Assembly: GCF_033153115.1 (NCBI RefSeq)
Contig: NW_026889793.1
Location: 2,294,001-2,358,000 of the forward strand
Direction of reading: 5' to 3'
DNA: 64,000 bases
Source of the DNA: Saccostrea echinata
Taxonomy: Eukaryota
The notes under the pieces: model-generated
Seen by the model: the letters and a program-made list of their open reading frames with translations, nothing else
What the model was told of the DNA's origin: nothing
The model's database searches: none
Made by a program: the position numbers and the translations under genes
Shown: piece by piece, positions 36,709-49,160 of the stretch
Numbering within the stretch: position 1 is the stretch's first letter
Layout: every line of letters begins with the position of its first letter

Positions 36709-37659
36709 GTTCTGTTTACAAATATTACACTTTCTATATATGTTGTATCTAAAATACGCAATACTAAGTATCTCCCCCGGAACGAAATCGAGGTAAGGGC
36801 GACATATTGTATTTCTTCCACCTTTGATCTGACCGATAATATCCTCGCAAATGGCGTGGACAATCTCAAGTAAAACTCGACAGAAATGTTAAATTATCAA
36901 ATCTAGTTGTGCATTCAACATTTCCTTTTTTTAGAATAACCACCGTTGCTATACATATGAAAACTTCTAAGTCTCATTTTTCTAAGTAACTGTTCAGCTT
37001 GTTCTTTTTTTTTTTTTTAAATAAGGCTTTATTTTTTTCAGAACGTCAAAGTGATTTTAAAAAAAATGGAATCGCTTGGATATTTTTTAAATCTAGTCAT
37101 GGAAGCAAAAAAGGTCTATTCATTTTCAATATATTTCAGTTTTCTATCTAAAGATATTTCAAACTGTATAATCTAGATTTATAAGTGTCTGTTCAGGTTT
37201 CTGGGGTTCAAAATTTCCAAAAAGACTGCCGCTGCCATGGAAACAAGAATGTGGTAAATTTTTGAAAATTTGAAATTTGCAATTTTTTTAATGTTAGAAG
37301 CTTACTCTGCTTTCAACTCCAATATTACACTATTTGGTTAGTTCGGGATTATGGGTGACATATGACATCGCCTGAAATGGCAAGGATTTTCTTTTAATGA
37401 GGCATTGTCTTTCTAATTACTAAGATGCAAGTCATCCAGACCTAGAGTACGTTTTACTTTTGATATTCACAATCCATGAATCTTTGTTTTCTATCATATC
37501 TTGATAACATACTCTCATTATATAGTTGTTACTTCTTTCTTAATTTTAACCAAAATTTAAATGTTTTTCAATGTTAATATATTTCTATTTGTATTCTACT
37601 CGATGCATAATACTCTACACTACTACAATTATTCTTTATTACACTTACTACTCTTTCAC

Positions 37660-38290
37660 ATTAAGTGTGAGCTTTTCTGATCGAAATTTGTCTTGTGTCT
37701 GTCATTGTTGTTTTCGCAAACATTTAATTTACATTTTCATCATCTTCTCCTGAACCAATAGGCAATTTCAACCAATCTTGCATTAAATCATCTTTGGGTA
37801 AGGAAGAATCAAGTTTTTAAAAAATTTTTAAAGAAATTTTCTTCTCAAGAACAAGAAAGAAGTGATAATTCATATGTACATGTATATGGAAACATGCATA
37901 TGGTAGTCATATTAAATGTGTTCAAATCATGGGGTATGATGGGGCCATAATGGGCGATCGAAGTTTTACATAAGAATTTATCAAGAAAATCTTTCCAAGA
38001 ACAGCAGAGAGCCATGATTTAGTCATATTAATGTGAAAACATTCTCAGGCAGTGTAGATTCAAAATTGTTCAAATCATAAACCCCCTGGGGTAGCTATAG
38101 GGTGTTACATAGGAATATATAGGATTTTTTAAAAATCTACTTCTGAAAAACACAAAGCCATGATTAGTCATATTTATATAATAAAACCCTCAGGTAGTGT
38201 AGATCAAATTCGTTCAAATCATGGCCCATGGGGTAGGGTTGGACCACTTCAGGGATCAAAAATAAAAAAAAAATCTTTTCAGAAAAAATA
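37660..38290 (+). mobile_element. Degenerate Helentron-type element with satellite-like monomers
   Basis: GTGAGCTTTTCTGATC start and repeated AAATCTTCT..CCATGATT(T)AGTCATATT..GTAGATTCAAA..GTTCAAATCATGG units. Boundaries are approximate. Confidence 0.5.
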
Positions 38291-41200
38291 GGTTCCGACT
38301 CTTTTTTTAGAGCACTACTTTACATTTAACATTTATTTTTCTATCATTTAAACGTTTAGATAGAATGGACACTTTACCCATTTGTATTCCAGAATCTTTG
38401 TATGGCTCCTATAGAGCCATTTTCCAGTAAATAAGCTTATCTGTCATCTAAGAAACAAATTATCAATTAATAAGCTATTCAATATTAATAATAAATGAAT
38501 CAAATTTGTTAAATACGACATTACTTACAAGATATTTTTTTTGAAAAATACAACTTTTCCATTAAGTGAAAATTGAGAAACATATCACAGCGGGGGATAT
38601 TCCTCGCCATATTCGCCCTCATTCTTTCCTTCTAATTTGATTAAATACTTCAATCTGCGTGATACTGATTTGTAAGACTTGCTGTCTCCTCAGGTTCTGG
38701 CGTTTAAAATTTACAAAATGACTGCCGCTGTCATGAAAGCCAAAAAAGGTAAATTTCTGAAAATTTGAATTTTGCATGGTACATGCCAGACCTGGGGATA
38801 ACGATAATATGTAACGGAAATGCATATTGTATTCATTACTACCATTCAAAGTAAGGGAAAGTAATTTTTAATGGTCCATCAATTACAAGTAAAGGCAAAG
38901 TAATGGATTAAATGAAATATGGAGATAACGAACAGTAAAAAAGTGTCAGTAATGACCAATACTTTTCAATAATTGCGTTTTGTCTTATCTTTATTTTTAT
39001 TTATTTTTTTTTTTTGAATCTGAAACCAATCGAGGTCACTGACAGGTGATTTTTTTTATATAAAACATACGTGAGAATAAATTCTTATTTTACCTCTTTT
39101 TTTTAAAATGTTTATTCAATGGCTATTGATAGACATCCTAAATGATTGCTTAGAGAGAAAACATCTTGACACACAGCTATAAAATCAATTGAAAAGATCC
39201 AGGAAAATATACCTATAGAGATCTTTTTCAACAGTAGCCACAAAACGAGTGACAATAGTACACTCTACTGAGCTCTGACCAAGTTTAGTGAAATACAAAC
39301 TAAATTATTTTTTTAACTGAATTTCCTACTTCACAAAATTCATTCTTTGTGAGCAAAATGCGTATAAGATCATTACGATCTACCAGAGCTCACAAAGAAA
39401 AAACTTGAAGGCCAAATATATAGATTTATGTCCATTATTTATTATTTCTGGTAAATTTTAATTTTAAACAGTGACAGTGAGGATCGAAATTAGCTAAATC
39501 TTTTATAATGTTGATCATTTCAAAACCCTTATACACGCGTTTTAAAGATCTCTTTTCCTTCAACCCCCCCTTTAACGATGGTTGGGTACCTCATTCTACA
39601 TGTATGCGATGGAACCGCATGGGGGGGGGGGGTGTGATGGGAAGGGGAGACCGAAATAATAAACTTCTAAAAGTTCTCAAATTTCCATGTAAATCTTACA
39701 TTTGAGAATTTAGAAATTTAAGGGGGATAACGATGTACTCAGATGATAACGATGTACTCAGATTTCAGCAGATCAATCAATCCATTTATTATGATATACA
39801 TGTGCATGTATTATTTGCTCATCTGTGTATACCTGGCGCAGATGGAAGTTTATAAATACTACATTGAAACATCGGGTATACACATACAGTGTAGCAACGA
39901 AGAATCACGGATCGATCAGTTATGTAAGTATATGACATTACAGCTTATTGAGAAGCAAAAAAATAAATAAGAATAGATAAATAAGTATAGGTAAGAAAAG
40001 GAAAATAGTGAGAGGATTTAAATTATCTAATTCTTTCTAACAGTGTGAAATTAATAAAAAAAATTAGATGGTTATTAGTTAGAAATTCAAGTTACTTTTA
40101 ACATTTTCCACTCTTTTTTTCGATTGTTTATTTTGTTATTTTTCACCTTCATTATACAGTTAATTAATTATCAAATCTAAAATTCGTGAAATGTTGAATC
40201 GATAAAGAACATTTTATGGTTTTTCATTTTTTTTTTAATCTTTTTTTTTTCTTTTTTTTTCTTGGATCGATTATAAATTTATATGAATACATATACAATA
40301 ATTCATAGAAATATAATTATTTTATCACGTTTAAGCTAGATCCTAATTTTAACACGAAAAAATAAAATATATATCAAAAATACATTTAGATTACAACCCG
40401 GCCTGGAAAAAGCACAATAAATTTAAAACTACACTGTAATCAGGTGGCTAGAAATATTGGCAGTTATTCTCATCTACCTCAGAAAAATTCAGAAAAGAAT
40501 GTTTTTAATGCTAACATTTTCCTTTTTTTTTTTAAATCCCTTTTTAAATAGTTGATTCGACATTTAAATGCTTATTTTGCATTAATTTATAGATTTATTT
40601 ATTTTTTTTTAATTTAGTAGATGGTCGTATTTAATACAGATATTGGCATGAATGCGTGCATTGTAAAATAACATCCAAACAAAACAAACGTTATGTCTCT
40701 CATTGAAAACAGAACAACGGAGGATAAAAATCTTATTTTACGGGTGTTTAATTAAATTCTCTACACCTGGTCAACTCTGAATACCTTCTGCGCTATGTAT
40801 TACTTAATCGGTTTATTAAAGCGCCCAATTCAATATAATATCGTCTGCTATATGAAGATAGTTTATAACCGTTAGATAATTACGATTTTATTTGGAAACT
40901 TCTTTATCGGCGTCAGCCAGGCAAGGAGAAATCGATAATCTACAGGGCTATTTCTTTCTTTCTCTCTCTCTAGGTCGATTGCAGGAAATTTTATCGTCTG
41001 CTAACATTATTTATGGATGAGTCATCTTTGTTATCGACGTAGAGGCAGACGATCTGACTTCGTTTCCATAGCACCCACTGAAATGTAATTATCCACAGTG
41101 ATCCTAATGCCGTTTTGCCGTGATCTTATTAAACGCGTTCAAAGAGCTCTTGCTTCAGGTTGAAGAATCACTGCATCATTGAGGTAAGAGCTGTATATAT

Positions 41201-42172
41201 TTATTACAATTTAGCTGTTATAAAATTGTGCACTGCTATCGCGCTGTATTTTGTAAATAAGGTTTATACTAACTGGGTCGGCTGGAGGGGCATTTATTTT
41301 TATCTTAGATAAACAAAACACGGATTTTTCTCCGGCGAAATCTTATTTGATTGAAAACATTTGTTAAATTAACTTCACTTTTTAAAGTTTTCAATACAGC
41401 ATACAAATGCTTGAGATTTTAATGCAAATGTATATAAGGCATACATGTACAAACTCAGAGGTGTACACTTTTGTGATGCGTAATATCAATTTACATTGTA
41501 CTTCCAAAAATAACAAAACGTCGGGAGGGTTCCTTTGTTTACGCTATGCAGCTGTTACTGATTTAAATGTGCGCATTTTATGTAGTTAATAACGAAAATA
41601 AATTGATTTAGAGCATGCTCTCGAACAAGTTATTGAAGTCTTAAAAATAGAGCTTGAAAAAAAAAAGATTTGCCTGAAACATGTTTATTTAAACAATCAT
41701 GCATATACCTGTTTTATAAACCCTTATCACAGCTATTTATACAAGATACTCGTTCACGCAAATTTTAGGACAATGTTTTAGATTTTCACTTTACCTTGTT
41801 ATTTGTCATTTACTGTTAATTTAACGAAATTAAATGTCTTGCTTGTGTGTACTTGGTAAGAAGAATAAACTGACTGTTAATTGAAAATCGCAATGGACTC
41901 ACTAATTACATGTTTTCAATAATTATTTTAAAAAAAATATATATCAAATTTATTTCTTTGAAAAAAAGCTATTGTTAAAGGACGTAAAATAATTAAACAT
42001 TCTTCAACATACATGCGAGATATTGAAGAAAGGAAGATGTTTCGAATCGCCAACTACATTTTATTTTATTTTTTTCCAAAAAAAAAAATATTTAAACAGG
42101 CAAATATTATAGGCTAGTATTTTTTTCATATCAAATTGATTGTTAAATGTAATTTAACACGTTTAACAGGCG

Positions 42173-45100
42173 ATGGACGTTGACGGAGAGACGAATGAAA
42201 GTGATGACGTCACAATAGTAGAAGAGACACCAGAAGAGAATAACCATGGAAAAGAGAAAGTCTTAGCACCGCTGGCACCAAAGCCACTTCCTGTAATGAT
42301 TAGACGATCAGTTCCGGGTCATAAGCTCATGCCAACTCGATACCTTACTAACACTAGTCACCCAGGTTTTATCAACGCATGGCGCATGCTCAAGAAACAA
42401 GAACAGTTGAAGAGAGGTCCGAAAGAAAAAGAGACATTCCGAAGAACCATGTACTGTCTTCCAGATAAATACGCAAAACTTCCGAAATTCTCCTCTGCCG
42501 ATCTAGCAGAGAAAGCTTTGGTGCAAGAGCACCAAGATATGGGATATGGTATGTAAATAATGCGGGAAAATCTGATTTTTATTGAAATGAAATTCTTTTT
42601 TTTTTTAAAAATAATCGAAATGTTTTTTGAAAATGACTCATTTTTTGGGGGTCAATTCTAAACAGGCAATGAAAATACTCAAGTTTCATGTGTATGATTA
42701 GATTTAGAAGAAATAATTTTGATATGCCTTTTTGTCAAATTATTCAAATTTCTAATTTTAAAGTAAACTTCTTTTGCTTTGAAGGATATCCTGCTCAAGA
42801 CTATGATTCTAATCAAATTCCCAGAAAAACGGAACTCTGTCTTTCTCTGTCACCTCAAGAATTTGAAAAGCACCTCTCTGAGGTTCTTTACCCAAGCCTG
42901 AAAGGAAAGAAATTCGAAATCTACAAGATAGACAAACAACGCCGTTTGATCCGCCTCGCCAAATACACTCCCCGAGCAATCAAAGACTCCAAGTATCAAG
43001 GCAGCCTCATTATCATACCATATGTAAGTACACGAACGGTACAGTAATTATGTTCGTGCTCTAATACACTGATACAAAGATTAAGATTGTTAACCAGTTC
43101 AAGGATAGTCAATGAGGAAACTAAAGACTCAGAAGGCGCTCTAAGGGGAGCACTTTAAGATAACAAAATTAAACTAGTGTCTGCTGCATTGAAACAAAGG
43201 ACTACTCATGTCTTTATTGTTATAAGATATACACATGAAATCATATTATCCATCACGAGTTATTTAAAATTACTATTTAAAAATCATGATATGATCGAGT
43301 CGCCTAATCCATAAGTACCTTAATTCCCAGAGATGTTTCATGAAGATTTTTATTATTCACTTTTTCGCAGGTAAAGGAGGAGGATCGCCCCCCTCAGGTC
43401 CTTTACCGTTGTGGGGAGGAATACTTCATGCACCAAGTGTCTTCTACGACCAGTCCCCCAAACCAAATACCTCTCATCGGAACCCCTCCAGAGTTACCGA
43501 GACCTATCAGTGAGGGTAGCGTTGAAGGGGCTTCACAATCGTCCATTGCCACGTCATCCACAAATTTTCAAGTGACGTCACCAAAGCACCATGTCATTCA
43601 CCGAAATCCATCACCATCTCCTCCAATGGTACAACAACAAGTTATCGTGAGTTTGGGTTTTTATACATTACAGTGGCGGATCCAGAAGTCCACGTGGGGG
43701 GGGGGGGGGGGGGTTTGAGGTCCGTAGGGCCGAAGGGGGAGGGCATGGGAGGGGATGTCCCCCTCCCATAGGTGGGGGTTCGGGGGGCCTCCCCCGAGAA
43801 ATTTTCTTTAAAAATGGCTCCAAATGGTGCATTTTCCAGCATTTTAGATTGAATTAATTAGTTCTTGGCCACTTTTTTCCTATAGTTGTTTTTCAAGACC
43901 GACCTACCCAAATTTTCAAGAAATTGAACAAAAAATTAAAATTTTGGGATTATTTTTAACTTCCATGTTAACTTGAAAAATGAGACTTTTCTAAAGAAAA
44001 AGTTAAATGTAAAATCTGATAAAATTAGAAATATCGCCATTTGCTATATAATATCCAATTCTTCATTATAAAATGCACGTCCTACACACTGTCGCATGTG
44101 AAGCTTTGTCTACCAAAATACAACTGCATGATGTGCAATTTTCAAACACTTAGAACATTCGAATTCTGTGTAGAGACCCTAATTACTCTTTTCAACTACT
44201 TGACTATACAGTTCATATAATTTGCAATATATACACATAATGATATTTCATATCGAAGAATAAATATAAATTATTTTGGAAAATAATTGGAATTATTGCT
44301 TATTCATTGGGGGGGGGGGGTAATTATAATTTCTAACATAAATGCACTCTTTAATTCTATTTTTTTTTTACCCATTTACCTGCCCAATGTTTGAAAAAAA
44401 AAGTCTTGAAAAACAATCAATAAAAAATTGGCCAATTCTTGTTTTGACAGGACCTCTAATTTATTCGTATTAGTTTTACCACAATTCATTATACAAAGTT
44501 GTAACCGTTAGTTGGGTTTTATTCAACATCATTCAACTGTAATTTTAAAAAAATGCAGATCTTTTGCTTTTTAAAATTGCATTGTAACTTCCATCTACAA
44601 AAGGAATACTTTCAATGTGCTTTTTGGTACAGGTCACAACGTATTTCAACTAGTATACGTCCCTGATGTATTAATTAATTTTTTTTCTATTAAATAATAA
44701 TCACAGTTTATTCACGTAGTTCAATAAAGTAACATTCAATTATCGAAGAAAGAAGAAAATTCTCGAAACAATATTACTTTAGCCAAAACAAAACCGTAAT
44801 AACTATGTGCAGTTTTGGTTGTTAGTGTATGTCGTTGCGTCATCACTAGCTGCACGGACTATCATGATCTCTGCATGTACAGTACTGTTGATTACCTGTA
44901 TATTGTGTGCGCTCAAGCGGAAAGGGATTTCGCATGGTGACTGTATATTTCACCTCTTTGTGTAAAACAATGGGCTTGGATAGAGTTGCATTTATGCAAT
45001 ATATTGTTAAAATGACACTGTAAAAAAATTTTTTTTGATCGGGCGGGGGGGTTTTCCCGAACCCCCCCCCCCCCCCCCCCCCCAAACCCCCCTGAATCCG

Positions 45101-47180
45101 CCACTGCATTGTACCATACATGTTGTTTTATTAATTTTCATCGAGATTAAATTTCGTAAATACAATTTCGTTAATGCGTAAATTGTTGGACAGGTACCGT
45201 GTCCTGTTCTATATAATCAATAAAATCTTTACTTCATTTATCAACTCAGTTCGTGGCATTGCTCAACCACGAAATCAAAGATAATTACTTTTCAACGAAA
45301 AATGACGAAATCACAATACATCTAAAGCTGCAATAATTTTTTTTTATTTTCACGTTGGCTAGAAAAGTATTTACATCAATTTATAAAGTTTAACTTAACA
45401 TACTCAGGAGTGCAGTTTACCAGCCAGATCTTTACATATCTCATTCATCTGTATGCAGATCTGATTTTAATTAGTGGGTAACTGCTTCTTTCAGCTGGAC
45501 TTGACTAACACCGTTATTAAATGTGAAACAGAACATGTATCAGAACAAAACGTTCCCAGAGCCAACTTATCTATTGAAACTAAAGGTAAATAATGTATTT
45601 TTTTCCTTGAATATCCTACTATAATAACTTTGAAAATTATTCTGCCTTTTTTCATATTTTCTTTGATCCGCTCACATAGATTGCTAAAAGGATCTGAAGA
45701 GATCCGGTTAAGGGTTATCTCCTGATGACCTTCAATTTATACCCAATCAAACGTTCATAATTCTCTGGTTTCGGACATATAAACTTTTCGTTGCATCAAT
45801 GCAATTGATATTTGCACTTGATCTGTTTTAATTCGTTGATTTGTATGAACTTGAAGATCTTTTCTACAGCTAATTTCACTTCAATGTTCGACACCCTGAA
45901 GGTCGATAAAGTGCGAGCTCTCTGATTGGCTAAAAGTTAGAGGAATGTTTTTGTTTGAAAGATTACCAGGAGATGACCCTGAATGGGATTTCTTCAGATC
46001 CTTGTGTTATGATCTATGTGAGCGGATCAACTGATCTGGTTTTAATCAGATTGTTTTATTGTCAATTTAGTAAAATATAAATTTCATGTCGTGTTTTATA
46101 TTTTTCACAGCAAAATGCAAGATATTTGAAATATCTGAATTCCTCAGAATGCAAATCCAGGAAAAAACTTTAATTCATATCAGAAGATCCCATGTGTTGT
46201 CGGATGTCATAAAAATCTACCAGAGAAACCCGGCAATACTTCAAAGTGATTTTAGCGTCTGCTTTGAGGAACATCCATGTAATGATGACTCGGATCACGT
46301 GCCATTGTCACCATATGCGATGTTTGTTGAGTTTTGGAAGGAAGCATTTGCAAATGTTTTTGCAGGCAATCAAGAATCTGTCCCAATGATAGACCTCTCC
46401 ATTGATCCAGAGTTTTTCAAAACGCTTGGTAAAATTCTTTATCATGGACTTATACTGTTAGACTATTGGCCCGTAAAATTATCACAGGCTTGCGCATGCG
46501 TAATGATTCTGAATACGTGTTCTGATCGACAACTTCTGACGTCACTACATCGAACCATGTCTGATCAAGAGAGATCTGTAATAACTGAGGCAAAAAGAGA
46601 AATCCGATCGGGGTGTTCTGAATTTTCTCTTTCAACAACAAGAAGCTTGTACCAAGTTCTCCGCTTATATGGCAATACACAAAGACCAAAGCCTGGAAAT
46701 CTAGAACAACTTCTACTACAGATATCAAACTACTACTTAAAGCAGAAGTCGTACTGGGCGTTGTTTGAAATGAGGAGTGGCCTACAGTCTACTGTATCAG
46801 ACTTTCTCGGTCATTTGGAGGAACAGGACGTGTTCACATTCTATTCACTCCTCACCCCAAACGCTTTATCCTTATTTGAAAAGACAATCTACATGTTCTC
46901 CGCCGCAGACAACAGCATTAATGAAATGGAAGAAAAGCGTGTTAAAATGTATTTTGAGAACTTTGTAATGAAACTTAATTGTGAAACCCTTTCTGCACTT
47001 CTCATTAAATGGAGCTACTCGGATTGTCTCTGCATGGAACACTTGTATGTGCGGTTTTTGCCCAATGCTATTTCTGACAGGCCTCATTTTGATCCAAATG
47101 AGACCACACTGACGTTGTCGTCTGTGTATACGTCACAGGAAGAACTTCATCAATTGATGATGTCAGAACTGGAGACGTAG
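42173..47180 (+). CDS. Uncharacterised 683-aa protein with a C-terminal HECT-like (G2E3-like) domain apparently lacking the catalytic Cys
   Basis: Exons 42173-42548, 42785-43023, 43371-43646, 45495-45585 and 46111-47180; GT-AG introns with phases 1,0,0,1; 2052 nt open to TAG. A probable non-coding upstream exon ends at ~41183 (GAG|GTAAGA). The last exon has HECT N-lobe patterns (IHIRRSHVLSDVIKIY..FSVCFEE, FVEFWKE..FAGNQESVP, FKTLGKILYHGLILLDYWPVKLS) and a C-lobe pattern (LYVRF..RPHFDPNETTLTLSSVYTSQEEL). Confidence 0.85.
43671..45106. mobile_element. Non-autonomous DNA transposon with CAGTGGCGGA TIRs and subterminal G/C tracts, in intron 3 of the HECT-like gene
   Basis: Left end CAGTGGCGGATCCAG followed by poly-G; right end poly-C followed by CTGAATCCGCCACTG. 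Flanks are CATT-A and CATT. Confidence 0.7.
43865..44435. mobile_element. GGCC-ended MITE (same family as 13977-14470) nested in the CAGTGG element
   Basis: TTGGCCACTTTTTT..GTTGTTTTTCAAGAC / GTCTTGAAAAACAATCAATAAAAAATTGGCCAA with 3-bp TTC flanks. Confidence 0.75.
45663..46030. mobile_element. MITE with long (~80 bp) imperfect TIRs in intron 4 of the HECT-like gene
   Basis: TTGATCCGCTCACATAGAT..AAGGATCTGAAGAGATCC..AGGGTTATCTCCTG pairs with CAGGAGATGACCCT..GGATTTCTTCAGATCCTT..ATCTATGTGAGCGGATCAA. The TSD is unclear (possibly CT). Confidence 0.75.
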
Positions 47181-48665
47181 TTTACATTCCGTGAATGTCT
47201 AGAACACTCTGGTGACACACATTTTGTGTTTAGTGTATTATTGGTGTATTGCATTGGCAATCAGAATGAAAGAAAACAATATTACATGTACTTATGTTTG
47301 TTTCAAAACATAAAAAAAACTTGTTTGGTATAAAATTCTTGATTACATGATTGAAGTGATGTTGTGATTGCAAGGAATCAAGGAGAAGATTATTCTGTCT
47401 TCGAGTATGAGACAAGACTTTTTATTTTACAAGAAACATGTCACTCATTCTGAAGTTTAGAAAATGTTAGGCTTCTTTGTCTGAATTTAAAAACAAAAGA
47501 TAAAATGATATATTTTTATAATATTTTCCAAAGATATTTCCTTGCAAGAAGTAAATTATATTATGTTTCGTTTGAATTTTATCAATAGGTCTAGGAATTT
47601 TTATAAAATCTAAATGACAAGGGATTCGCTATTCTAGTTAAAGGTTTAAATGAGTCTGGAAAGGACACGGTTTCAATGTCATGTGATGACATGTACCGAT
47701 GGACGACAATATGTGCAATGAGGGTAGGTACACATTGTCGCCGGCGACAATATGAACAGGACGAAGATTTGTGCCGTCACAATCGCGTTAGTGAATAAGC
47801 ATATGAGATACGTCAGTGTGATTTACACAAATTACATTCACAAAATTAAAAAAAAAAAAACAACAAAAATATCTTAAAGCAACAATATCTGTGGGGCGAC
47901 AATATGTGCAGTGAGGGTAAGGCACATAATGTCGCCGTCTATCGCACCTTTGCGACATTGTACACTTGCTCGATGGTGTGATAGTGAACTAAGTGGTTCT
48001 ATCTGATTCAATTTTTTAAAAAATCTTACAAAACGAAATTTGCAGGGGTCTTGCTGCATAATCACGCCCGATTAACAAAATTCAGTTGATTTTGAACGTT
48101 TCGAGAATGAATTTTTTTCGATTCTTTAGGGAAAAAATAACTTTGCAGCCACTATATATTACTAGTTTTGTATGTGACAACAACCTACTTAACACTATTA
48201 CAGCAGTGTTTAAAGGAAGAGGAACGAATTTAATACCTTCAACCTAATGAATAAGTGTAGTTAAAAATGTATTAAGACTATCCTCTAGATTGTTTCGTTT
48301 TAACTATCATCGTCATGGTTCCTTTTGGTTCCTGGTGGAACATAGGGCCTTAGTTTTAACTATCCTTGTCCTTTTTTGTTGTTTATATCACTTTGGAGCT
48401 ATACATGTTTAAAGATGGACATCAAAGGTCAAGGCGATTTCTGATAACGCGATTCGTAAATTAAACACTTACAAGTCTGAAAAATTATTTTGTATAATGT
48501 CTGAAAATGAAAAAAAAGAGAGAAATAACGGCAATTTTATGGCGCGGGCGTAAAATGTTCTACTTCTCAATATCAGAACAAACTCATGTAGTTCAGCCAT
48601 CACACATCTAGATATGAGATTAGATGAACATACATACCATAAACTCACATTCAAATCATAAACAA

Positions 48666-49084
48666 CAGTGGCGTATATTCCGTATAGGCAAAAAGGCTGT
48701 AGTCTACACATCATTTTCTCAGGGATAAAATTTGGTTGAAAAAGTTGATAAATCTAATCTATAAATTTTATTTTGTTGCAAATGCCAAAAAAGCATTCTT
48801 AGCAATCCGAACTTTTATACCTATCCAATGTTTACAGTTTTAAAACTATTCCTAGCCGGAATTTTTCAAAGCCGAAATTTAGTAAAGTTGTCTTCATATC
48901 ATGACATATACTGAAAATATGTTTTAACCGTAGATGTCTTTGAGTTCGCAAAAATGAACCCCTCATACCCCCTCCCTATCGAGAGGGGGTGTCCCGCTTC
49001 TTACCTACTCACACTTTGCGCCTCAGGTTAAATCTGTGACTTCACACTAGCCTACACATTAGCAGAAAGGAATATACGCCACTG
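48666..49084. mobile_element. MITE with CAGTGGCGTATATTCC TIRs
   Basis: Perfect 16-bp TIRs CAGTGGCGTATATTCC / GGAATATACGCCACTG. Flanks are AACA-A and AACA. Confidence 0.82.
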
Positions 49085-49087
49085 AAC

Positions 49088-49160
49088 ATGTAGATCAAAC
49101 TCAACATACCTATATGTAGATCAAACTCAACATACCTACATGTAGATCAAACTCAACAAA
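49088..49160. repeat. 26-bp minisatellite (~3 copies, with further decayed copies to ~49320)
   Basis: ATGTAGATCAAACTCAACATACCT repeated in tandem. Confidence 0.85.
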
